Assembly: GCF_009914755.1 (NCBI RefSeq)
Contig: NC_060941.1
Length of the DNA stretch: 64,000 nucleotides
Reading direction: 5' to 3' (one strand)
Source of the DNA: the human T2T-CHM13v2.0 reference genome, Homo sapiens
Shown one piece after another: positions 1 to 9,505 of this stretch. The first letter of the stretch is position 1. Each line of letters begins with the position of its first letter. The notes beneath the pieces were generated by a model. It was given only the letters and a program-made list of their open reading frames with translations. It was not told where the DNA came from and searched no databases. The translations under genes and the position numbers were made by a program.

Positions 1-46
1 TCTTTGTGTGGAATCTGCAAGTGGATATTTGGACCTATTTTGAAGA

Positions 47-63
47 TTTCGTTGGAAACGGGA
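47..63 (+). promoter_or_regulatory. CENP-B box (intact); recurs in every HOR
   Basis: TTTCGTTGGAAACGGGA matches the nTTCGnnnnAnnCGGGn core. Confidence 0.95.
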
Positions 64-217
64 GAATCTTCACAGGAAAGCTAAACAGAAGCATTCTCAG
101 AAACTTCTTTGTGATGCTTGCATTCAACTCACAGAGTTGAACTTTCCTTTCGAGAGAGAAGCTTTGAAACACTCTTTTTCCAGAATCTGCAAGTGGACAT
201 TTGGAGGGCTTTGAGGC

Positions 218-234
218 CTGTGGTGGAAAAGGAA
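218..234 (+). promoter_or_regulatory. pJalpha/A-type box at the position equivalent to the CENP-B box; six per HOR (218, 389, 1061, 1740, 1911, 2590)
   Basis: CTGTGGTGGAAAAGGAA and relatives (CTATGGTAGTAAAGGAA, GTACCGTAGTAAAGGAA, TTGTGGTGGAAAAGGAA, CTATGGTAGTAAAGGGA, CTGTGGTGGAAAACGAA) at monomer position about 127-143 of A-type monomers. Confidence 0.75.
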
Positions 235-559
235 TTATCTTCCCGTAAAAGCTAGATAGAAGCATTCTCAGAAACTACTTTGTGATGATTGCATTCAAGT
301 CACAGAGTTGAACATTCCCTTTGACAGAGCAGTTTGGAAACTCTCTTTGTGTAGAATCTGCAAGTGGAGATATGGACCGCTTTGAGGCCTATGGTAGTAA
401 AGGAAATAGCTTCATATAAAAGCTAGACAGTAGCATTCACAGAAAACTCTTGGTGACGACTGAGTTTAACTCACAGAGCTGAACATTCCTTTGGATGGAG
501 CAGTTTCGAAACACACTATTTGTAGAATGTGCAAGTGGATATTTAGGCCTCTCTGAGGA

Positions 560-911
560 TTTCGTTGGAAACGGGATAAACCGCACAGAACTAAACAGAA
601 GCATTCTCAGAACCTTCTTCGTGATGTTTGCATTCAACTCACAGTGTTGAACCTTTCTTTGATAGTTCAGGTTTGAAACGGTCTTTCTGTAGAAACTGCA
701 AGTAGATATTTGGACCTCTCTGAGGATTTCGTTGGAAACGGGATAACCCGCACAGAACTAAAACAGAAGCATTCTCAGAACCCTCTTCGTGATGTTTGCA
801 TTCAACTCACAGTGCTGAACCTTTCTTTGATAGTTCAGCTTTGAAACACTCTTTTTGTAGAAACTGCAAGTGGATATTTGGTCCTCTCTGAGCATTTCGT
901 TGGAAACGGGA
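560..911 (+). promoter_or_regulatory. Three intact CENP-B boxes in consecutive monomers (560-576, 727-743, 895-911); recur in every full HOR
   Basis: TTTCGTTGGAAACGGGA three times at 167-168-bp spacing. Confidence 0.95.
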
Positions 912-1231
912 TAAACTGCACAGAACTAAACAGAAGCATTCTCAGAACCTTCTTCGTGATGTCTGCATTCAACTCACAGTGTGGAACCTTTCTTTGATAG
1001 TTCAGGTTTGAAACACTCTTTTTGTAGAAACTGCAAGGGGATAATTGCACTCTTTGAGGAGTACCGTAGTAAAGGAAATAACTTCCTATAAAAAGAAGAC
1101 AGAAGCTTTCTCAGAAAATTCTTTGGGATGATTGAGTTGAACTCACAGAGCTGAGCATTCCTTGCGATGTAGCAGTTTAGAAACACACTTTCTGCAGAAT
1201 CTGCAAGTGCATATTTGGACCTCTGTGAGGA

Positions 1232-1248
1232 ATTCGTTGGAAACGGGA
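1232..1248 (+). promoter_or_regulatory. CENP-B box (intact core) overlapping the HOR-defining EcoRI site at 1230-1235
   Basis: GAATTCGTTGGAAACGGGA; all 9 core bases present. Confidence 0.93.
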
Positions 1249-1397
1249 TAATTTCAGCTGACTAAACAGAAGCAGTCTCAGAATCTTCTTTGTGATGTTT
1301 GCATTCAAATCCCCGAGTTGAACTTTCCTTTCAAAGTTCACGTTTGAAACACTCTTTTTGCAGGATCTACAAGTGGATATTTGGACCACTCTGTGTC

Positions 1398-1414
1398 CTT
1401 CGTTCGAAACGGGT
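1398..1414 (+). promoter_or_regulatory. CENP-B box (intact core, W2-type variant)
   Basis: CTTCGTTCGAAACGGGT; core TTCG/A/CGGG retained, with an extra CpG. Confidence 0.9.
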
Positions 1415-1568
1415 ATATCTTCACATGACATCTAGACAGAAGCATCCTCAGAAGCTTCTCTGTGATGACTGCATTCAACTCACGGAGTTGAACACTCCTT
1501 TTGAGAGCGCAGTTTTGAAACTCTCTTTCTGTGGCATCTGCAAGGGGACATGTAGACCTCTTTGAAGA

Positions 1569-1585
1569 TTTCGTTGGAAACGGAA
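1569..1585 (+). promoter_or_regulatory. Degenerate CENP-B box (core CGGG changed to CGGA), predicted non-binding
   Basis: TTTCGTTGGAAACGGAA lacks the last core G in all units examined. Confidence 0.8.
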
Positions 1586-2081
1586 TCATCTTCACATAAA
1601 AACTATACAGATGCATTCTCAGGAACTTTTTGGTGATGTTTGTATTCAACTCCCAGAGTTGAACTTTCCTTTGGAAAGAGCAGCTATGAAACACTGTTTT
1701 TCTAGAATCTGCAAGTGGACGTTTGGAGGGCTTTGTGGTTTGTGGTGGAAAAGGAAATATCTTCACCTAAATACTAGATAGAAGCATTCTCAGAAACTGC
1801 TTTGTGATGATTGCATTCACCTCACAGAGTTGAACATTCCTATTGATAGAGCAGTTTGGAAACACTCTTGTTGTGGAATGTGCAAGTGGAGATTTGGAGC
1901 GCTTTGAGGCCTATGGTAGTAAAGGGAATAGCTTCATAGAAAAACTAGACAGAAGCATTCTCAGAAAATACTTTGTGATGATTGAGTTTAACTCACAGAG
2001 CTGAACATTCCTTTGGATGGAGCAGGTTTGAGACACACCTTTTGTAGAATCTACAAGTGGATATTTGGACCTCTCTGAGGA

Positions 2082-2098
2082 TTTCGTTGGAAACGGGA
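2082..2098 (+). promoter_or_regulatory. CENP-B box (intact)
   Basis: TTTCGTTGGAAACGGGA. Confidence 0.95.
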
Positions 2099-2247
2099 TA
2101 ACTGCACCTAACTAAACGGAAGCATTCTCAGAAACTTCTTGGTGATGTTTGCATTCAAATCCCAGAGTTGAACCTTCCTTTGATAGTTCAGGTTTGAAAC
2201 ACTCTTTTTGTAGGATCTGCAAGTGGATATTTGGACCACTCTGTGGC

Positions 2248-2264
2248 CTTCGTTCGAAACGGGT
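2248..2264 (+). promoter_or_regulatory. CENP-B box (intact core, W2-type variant)
   Basis: CTTCGTTCGAAACGGGT. Confidence 0.9.
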
Positions 2265-2418
2265 ATATCTTCGCATAAAATCTAGACAGAAGCCTTCTCA
2301 GAAACTTCTCTGTGATGATTGCATTCAACTCACAGAGTTGAACCCTCCTATGGATAGAGCAGTGTTGAAACTCTCTTTTTGTGGAATCTGCAAGTGGATA
2401 TGTGGACCTCTCCGAAGA

Positions 2419-2435
2419 TGTCTTTGGAAACGGGA
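2419..2435 (+). promoter_or_regulatory. Degenerate CENP-B box (TTCG changed to GTCT), predicted non-binding
   Basis: TGTCTTTGGAAACGGGA has two changes in the 5' core. Confidence 0.82.
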
Positions 2436-5400
2436 ATATCTTCACATAAAAACTAAACAGAAGCATTCTCAGAAACTTCTCTGTGATGTTTGTGTTCAAC
2501 TCCCAGAGTTTCACATTGCTTTTCATAGAGTAGTTCTGAAACATGCTTTTCGTAGTGTCTACAAGTGGACATTTGGAGCGCTTTCAGGCCTGTGGTGGAA
2601 AACGAATTATGGTCACATAAAAACTGGAGAGAAGCATTGTCAGAAACTTCTTTGTGATGATTGCATTCAACTCACAGAGTTGAAGGTTCCTTTTCAAAGA
2701 GCAGTTTCCAATCACTCTTTCTGTGGAATCTGCAAGTGGATATTTGGACCTATTTTGAAGATTTCGTTGGAAACGGGAGAATCTTCACAGGAAAGCTAAA
2801 CAGAAGCATTCTCAGAAACTTCTTTGTGATGCTTGCATTCAACTCACAGAGTTGAACTTTCCTTTCGAGAGAGAAGCTTTGAAACACTCTTTTTCCAGAA
2901 TCTGCAAGTGGACATTTGGAGGGCTTTGAGGCCTGTGGTGGAAAAGGAATTATCTTCCCGTAAAAGCTAGATAGAAGCATTCTCAGAAACTACTTTGTGA
3001 TGATTGCATTCAAGTCACAGAGTTGAACATTCCCTTTGACAGAGCAGTTTGGAAACTCTCTTTGTGTAGAATCTGCAAGTGGAGATATGGACCGCTTTGA
3101 GGCCTATGGTAGTAAAGGAAATAGCTTCATATAAAAGCTAGACAGTAGCATTCACAGAAAACTCTGGGTGACGACTGAGTTTAACTCACAGAGCTGAACA
3201 TTCCTTTGGATGGAGCAGTTTCGAAACACACTATTTGTAGAATGTGCAAGTGGATATTTAGGCCTCTCTGAGGATTTCGTTGGAAACGGGATAAACCGCA
3301 CAGAACTAAACAGAAGCATTCTCAGAACCTTCTTCGTGATGTTTGCATTCAACTCACAGTGTTGAACCTTTCTTTGATAGTTCAGGTTTGAAACGGTCTT
3401 TCTGTAGAAACTGCAAGTAGATATTTGGACCTCTCTGAGGATTTCGTTGGAAACGGGATAACCCGCACAGAACTAAAACAGAAGCATTCTCAGAACCCTC
3501 TTCGTGATGTTTGCATTCAACTCACAGTGCTGAACCTTTCTTTGATAGTTCAGCTTTGAAACACTCTTTTTGTAGAAACTGCAAGTGGATATTTGGTCCT
3601 CTCTGAGCATTTCGTTGGAAACGGGATAAACTGCACAGAACTAAACAGAAGCATTCTCAGAACCTTCTTCGTGATGTCTGCATTCAACTCACAGTGTGGA
3701 ACCTTTCTTTGATAGTTCAGGTTTGAAACACTCTTTTTGTAGAAACTGCAAGGGGATAATTGCACTCTTTGAGGAGTACCGTAGTAAAGGAAATAACTTC
3801 CTATAAAAAGAAGACAGAAGCTTTCTCAGAAAATTCTTTGGGATGATTGAGTTGAACTCACAGAGCTGAGCATTCCTTGCGATGTAGCAGTTTAGAAACA
3901 CACTTTCTGCAGAATCTGCAAGTGCATATTTGGACCTCTGTGAGGAATTCGTTGGAAACGGGATAATTTCAGCTGACTAAACAGAAGCAGTCTCAGAATC
4001 TTCTTTGTGATGTTTGCATTCAAATCCCCGAGTTGAACTTTCCTTTCAAAGTTCACGTTTGAAACACTCTTTTTGCAGGATCTACAAGTGGATATTTGGA
4101 CCACTCTGTGTCCTTCGTTCGAAACGGGTATATCTTCACATGACATCTAGACAGAAGCATCCTCAGAAGCTTCTCTGTGATGACTGCATTCAACTCACGG
4201 AGTTGAACACTCCTTTTGAGAGCGCAGTTTTGAAACTCTCTTTCTGTGGCATCTGCAAGGGGACATGTAGACCTCTTTGAAGATTTCGTTGGAAACGGAA
4301 TCATCTTCACATAAAAACTATACAGACGCATTCTCAGGAACTTTTTGGTGATGTTTGTATTCAACTCCCAGAGTTGAACTTTCCTTTGGAAAGAGCAGCT
4401 ATGAAACACTGTTTTTCTAGAATCTGCAAGTGGACGTTTGGAGGGCTTTGTGGTTTGTGGTGGAAAAGGAAATATCTTCACCTAAATACTAGATAGAAGC
4501 ATTCTCAGAAACTGCTTTGTGATGATTGCATTCACCTCACAGAGTTGAACATTCCTATTGATAGAGCAGTTTGGAAACACTCTTGTTGTGGAATGTGCAA
4601 GTGGAGATTTGGAGCGCTTTGAGGCCTATGGTAGTAAAGGGAATAGCTTCATAGAAAAACTAGACAGAAGCATTCTCAGAAAATACTTTGTGATGATTGA
4701 GTTTAACTCACAGAGCTGAACATTCCTTTGGATGGAGCAGGTTTGAGACACACTTTTTGTAGAATCTACAAGTGGATATTTGGACCTCTCTGAGGATTTC
4801 GTTGGAAACGGGATAACTGCACCTAACTAAACGGAAGCATTCTCAGAAACTTCTTGGTGATGTTTGCATTCAAATCCCAGAGTTGAACCTTCCTTTGATA
4901 GTTCAGGTTTGAAACACTCTTTTTGTAGGATCTGCAAGTGGATATTTGGACCACTCTGAGGCCTTCGTTCGAAACGGGTATATCTTCGCATAAAATCTAG
5001 ACAGAAGCCTTCTCAGAAACTTCTCTGTGATGATTGCATTCAACTCACAGAGTTGAACCCTCCTATGGATAGAGCAGTGTTGAAACTCTCTTTTTGTGGA
5101 ATCTGCAAGTGGATATGTGGACCTCTCCGACGATGTCTTTGGAAACGGGAATATCTTCACATAAAAACTAAACAGAAGCATTCTCAGAAACTTCTCTGTG
5201 ATGTTTGTGTTCAACTCCCAGAGTTTCACATTGCTTTTCATAGAGTAGTTCTGAAACATGCTTTTCGTAGTGTCTACAAGTGGACATTTGGAGCGCTTTC
5301 AGGCCTGTGGTGGAAAACGAATTATGGTCACATAAAAACTGGAGAGAAGCATTGTCAGAAACTTCTTTGTGATGATTGCATTCAACTCACAGAGTTGAAG

Positions 5401-8145
5401 GTTCCTTTTCAAAGAGCAGTTTCCAATCACTCTTTGTGTGGAATCTGCAAGTGGATATTTGGACCTATTTTGAAGATTTCGTTGGAAACGGGAGAATCTT
5501 CACAGGAAAGCTAAACAGAAGCATTCTCAGAAACTTCTTTGTGATGCTTGCATTCAACTCACAGAGTTGAACTTTCCTTTCGAGAGAGAAGCTTTGAAAC
5601 ACTCTTTTTCCAGAATCTGCAAGTGGACATTTGGAGGGCTTTGAGGCCTGTGGTGGAAAAGGAATTATCTTCCCGTAAAAGCTAGATAGAAGCATTCTCA
5701 GAAACTACTTTGTGATGATTGCATTCAAGTCACAGAGTTGAACATTCCCTTTGACAGAGCAGTTTGGAAACTCTCTTTGTGTAGAATCTGCAAGTGGAGA
5801 TATGGACCGCTTTGTGGCCTATGGTAGTAAAGGAAATAGCTTCATATAAAAGCTAGACAGTAGCATTCACAGAAAACTCTTGGTGACGACTGAGTTTAAC
5901 TCACAGAGCTGAACATTCCTTTGGATGGAGCAGTTTCGAAACACACTATTTGTAGAATGTGCAAGTGGATATTTAGGCCTCTCTGAGGATTTCGTTGGAA
6001 ACGGGATAAACCGCACAGAACTAAACAGAAGCATTCTCAGAACCTTCTTCGTGATGTTTGCATTCAACTCACAGTGTTGAACCTTTCTTTGATAGTTCAG
6101 GTTTGAAACGGTCTTTCTGTAGAAACTGCAAGTAGATATTTGGACCTCTCTGAGGATTTCGTTGGAAACGGGATAACCCGCACAGAACTAAAACAGAAGC
6201 ATTCTCAGAACCCTCTTCGTGATGTTTGCATTCAACTCACAGTGCTGAACCTTTCTTTGATAGTTCAGCTTTGAAACACTCTTTTTGTAGAAACTGCAAG
6301 TGGATATTTGGTCCTCTCTGAGCATTTCGTTGGAAACGGGATAAACTGCACAGAACTAAACAGAAGCATTCTCAGAACCTTCTTCGTGATGTCTGCATTC
6401 AACTCACAGTGTGGAACCTTTCTTTGATAGTTCAGGTTTGAAACACTCTTTTTGTAGAAACTGCAAGGGGATAATTGCACTCTTTGAGGAGTACCGTAGT
6501 AAAGGAAATAACTTCCTATAAAAAGAAGACAGAAGCTTTCTCAGAAAATTCTTTGGGATGATTGAGTTGAACTCACAGAGCTGAGCATTCCTTGCGATGT
6601 AGCAGTTTAGAAACACACTTTCTGCAGAATCTGCAAGTGCATATTTGGACCTCTGTGAGGAATTCGTTGGAAACGGGATAATTTCAGCTGACTAAACAGA
6701 AGCAGTCTCAGAATCTTCTTTGTGATGTTTGCATTCAAATCCCCGAGTTGAACTTTCCTTTCAAAGTTCACGTTTGAAACACTCTTTTTGCAGGATCTAC
6801 AAGTGGATATTTGGACCACTCTGTGTCCTTCGTTCGAAACGGGTATATCTTCACATGACATCTAGACAGAAGCATCCTCAGAAGCTTCTCTGTGATGACT
6901 GCATTCAACTCACGGAGTTGAACACTCCTTTTGAGAGCGCAGTTTTGAAACTCTCTTTCTGTGGCATCTGCAAGGGGACATGTAGACCTCTTTGAAGATT
7001 TCGTTGGAAACGGAATCATCTTCACATAAAAACTATACAGATGCATTCTCAGGAACTTTTTGGTGATGTTTGTATTCAACTCCCAGAGTTGAACTTTCCT
7101 TTGGAAAGAGCAGCTATGAAACACTCTTTTTCTAGAATCTGCAAGTGGACGTTTGGAGGGCTTTGTGGTTTGTGGTGGAAAAGGAAATATCTTCACCTAA
7201 ATACTAGATAGAAGCATTCTCAGAAACTGCTTTGTGATGATTGCATTCACCTCACAGAGTTGAACATTCCTATTGATAGAGCAGTTTGGAAACACTCTTG
7301 TTGTGGAATGTGCAAGTGGAGATTTGGAGCGCTTTGAGGCCTATGGTAGTAAAGGGAATAGCTTCATAGAAAAACTAGACAGAAGCATTCTCAGAAAATA
7401 CTTTGTGATGATTGAGTTTAACTCACAGAGCTGAACATTCCTTTGGATGGAGCAGGTTTGAGACACACCTTTTGTAGAATCTACAAGTGGATATTTGGAC
7501 CTCTCTGAGGATTTCGTTGGAAACGGGATAACTGCACCTAACTAAACGGAAGCATTCTCAGAAACTTCTTGGTGATGTTTGCATTCAAATCCCAGAGTTG
7601 AACCTTCCTTTGATAGTTCAGGTTTGAAACACTCTTTTTGTAGGATCTGCAAGTGGATATTTGGACCACTCTGTGGCCTTCGTTCGAAACGGGTATATCT
7701 TCGCATAAAATCTAGACAGAAGCCTTCTCAGAAACTTCTCTGTGATGATTGCATTCAACTCACAGAGTTGAACCCTCCTATGGATAGAGCAGTGTTGAAA
7801 CTCTCTTTTTGTGGAATCTGCAAGTGGATATGTGGACCTCTCCGAAGATGTCTTTGGAAACGGGAATATCTTCACATAAAAACTAAACAGAAGCATTCTC
7901 AGAAACTTCTCTGTGATGTTTGTGTTCAACTCCCAGAGTTTCACATTGCTTTTCATAGAGTAGTTCTGAAACATGCTTTTCGTAGTGTCTACAAGTGGAC
8001 ATTTGGAGCGCTTTCAGGCCTGTGGTGGAAAACGAATTATGGTCACATAAAAACTGGAGAGAAGCATTGTCAGAAACTTCTTTGTGATGATTGCATTCAA
8101 CTCACAGAGTTGAAGGTTCCTTTTCAAAGAGCAGTTTCCAATCAC

Positions 8146-9505
8146 TCTTTCTGTGGAATCTGCAAGTGGATATTTGGACCTATTTTGAAGATTTCGTTGG
8201 AAACGGGAGAATCTTCACAGGAAAGCTAAACAGAAGCATTCTCAGAAACTTCTTTGTGATGCTTGCATTCAACTCACAGAGTTGAACTTTCCTTTCGAGA
8301 GAGAAGCTTTGAAACACTCTTTTTCCAGAATCTGCAAGTGGACATTTGGAGGGCTTTGAGGCCTGTGGTGGAAAAGGAATTATCTTCCCGTAAAAGCTAG
8401 ATAGAAGCATTCTCAGAAACTACTTTGTGATGATTGCATTCAAGTCACAGAGTTGAACATTCCCTTTGACAGAGCAGTTTGGAAACTCTCTTTGTGTAGA
8501 ATCTGCAAGTGGAGATATGGACCGCTTTGAGGCCTATGGTAGTAAAGGAAATAGCTTCATATAAAAGCTAGACAGTAGCATTCACAGAAAACTCTTGGTG
8601 ACGACTGAGTTTAACTCACAGAGCTGAACATTCCTTTGGATGGAGCAGTTTCGAAACACACTATTTGTAGAATGTGCAAGTGGATATTTAGGCCTCTCTG
8701 AGGATTTCGTTGGAAACGGGATAAACCGCACAGAACTAAACAGAAGCATTCTCAGAACCTTCTTCGTGATGTTTGCATTCAACTCACAGTGTTGAACCTT
8801 TCTTTGATAGTTCAGGTTTGAAACGGTCTTTCTGTAGAAACTGCAAGTAGATATTTGGACCTCTCTGAGGATTTCGTTGGAAACGGGATAACTGCACCTA
8901 ACTAAACGGAAGCATTCTCAGAAACTTCTTGGTGATGTTTGCATTCAAATCCCAGAGTTGAACCTTCCTTTGATAGTTCAGGTTTGAAACACTCTTTTTG
9001 TAGGATCTGCAAGTGGATATTTGGACCACTCTGTGGCCTTCGTTCGAAACGGGTATATCTTCGCATAAAATCTAGACAGAAGCCTTCTCAGAAACTTCTC
9101 TGTGATGATTGCATTCAACTCACAGAGTTGAACCCTCCTATGGATAGAGCAGTGTTGAAACTCTCTTTTTGTGGAATCTGCAAGTGGATATGTGGACCTC
9201 TCCGAAGATGTCTTTGGAAACGGGAATATCTTCACATAAAAACTAAACAGAAGCATTCTCAGAAACTTCTCTGTGATGTTTGTGTTCAACTCCCAGAGTT
9301 TCACATTGCTTTTCATAGAGTAGTTCTGAAACATGCTTTTCGTAGTGTCTACAAGTGGACATTTGGAGCGCTTTCAGGCCTGTGGTGGAAAACGAATTAT
9401 GGTCACATAAAAACTGGAGAGAAGCATTGTCAGAAACTTCTTTGTGATGATTGCATTCAACTCACAGAGTTGAAGGTTCCTTTTCAAAGAGCAGTTTCCA
9501 ATCAC
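8146..9505 (+). repeat. Variant 8-monomer HOR unit (1360 bp) with a hybrid monomer at 8747-8912
   Basis: The period drops to 1360 bp (identical ORFs at 7579/8939, 8180/9540, 8582/9942). The sequence switches from the 602-type monomer (GAAACGGTCTTTCTGTAGAAACTGCAAGTAG) to the 1956-type tail (TGCACCTAACTAAACGGAAG) across 8850-8892. There is no EcoRI site, so the EcoRI spacing is 4075 bp (6660 to 10735). Confidence 0.96.
8872..8888 (+). promoter_or_regulatory. CENP-B box inside the junction of the 8-mer variant
   Basis: TTTCGTTGGAAACGGGA within the 43-bp tract (8850-8892) shared by both parental monomers. Confidence 0.93.

Larger units (their letters stand above)
92..2806 (+). repeat. One complete canonical 16-mer HOR unit (reference unit)
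   Basis: Monomer starts (at CATTCTCAG-like motifs): 92, 263, 434, 602, 770, 937, 1106, 1273, 1443, 1614, 1785, 1956, 2123, 2293, 2464, 2635, then 2807. Lengths are 167-172 bp. Class order read from diagnostic motifs, starting at 1106: W1 W2 W3 W4 W5 W1 W2 W3 W4 W3 W4 W5 W1, then three hybrid-like monomers (602, 770, 937). The 850-bp pentamer shows as related ORFs at 1299 and 2149. Confidence 0.93.
1..8145 (+). repeat. Three canonical 16-mer HOR units
   Basis: Exact 2715-bp period (unit offsets 0, 2715, 5430). Confidence 0.95.

Noticed and set aside
47-2778. CRISPR-like pattern of a conserved 17-bp motif separated by variable sequence
   Set aside because: The motif is the CENP-B box. The intervening ~150 bp are homologous monomer bodies rather than unique spacers, and there are no cas genes.
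2149-2799. 216-aa Cys/Lys-rich ORF repeated in nearly every unit, with CxxC-like motifs (FCGICKW)
   Set aside because: It is the translation of consecutive 171-bp (57-codon) monomers. It starts at a non-ATG codon, is broken freely by a stop (4958-4960) and a frameshift (33807), and shows no gene structure. Not a zinc-finger gene.
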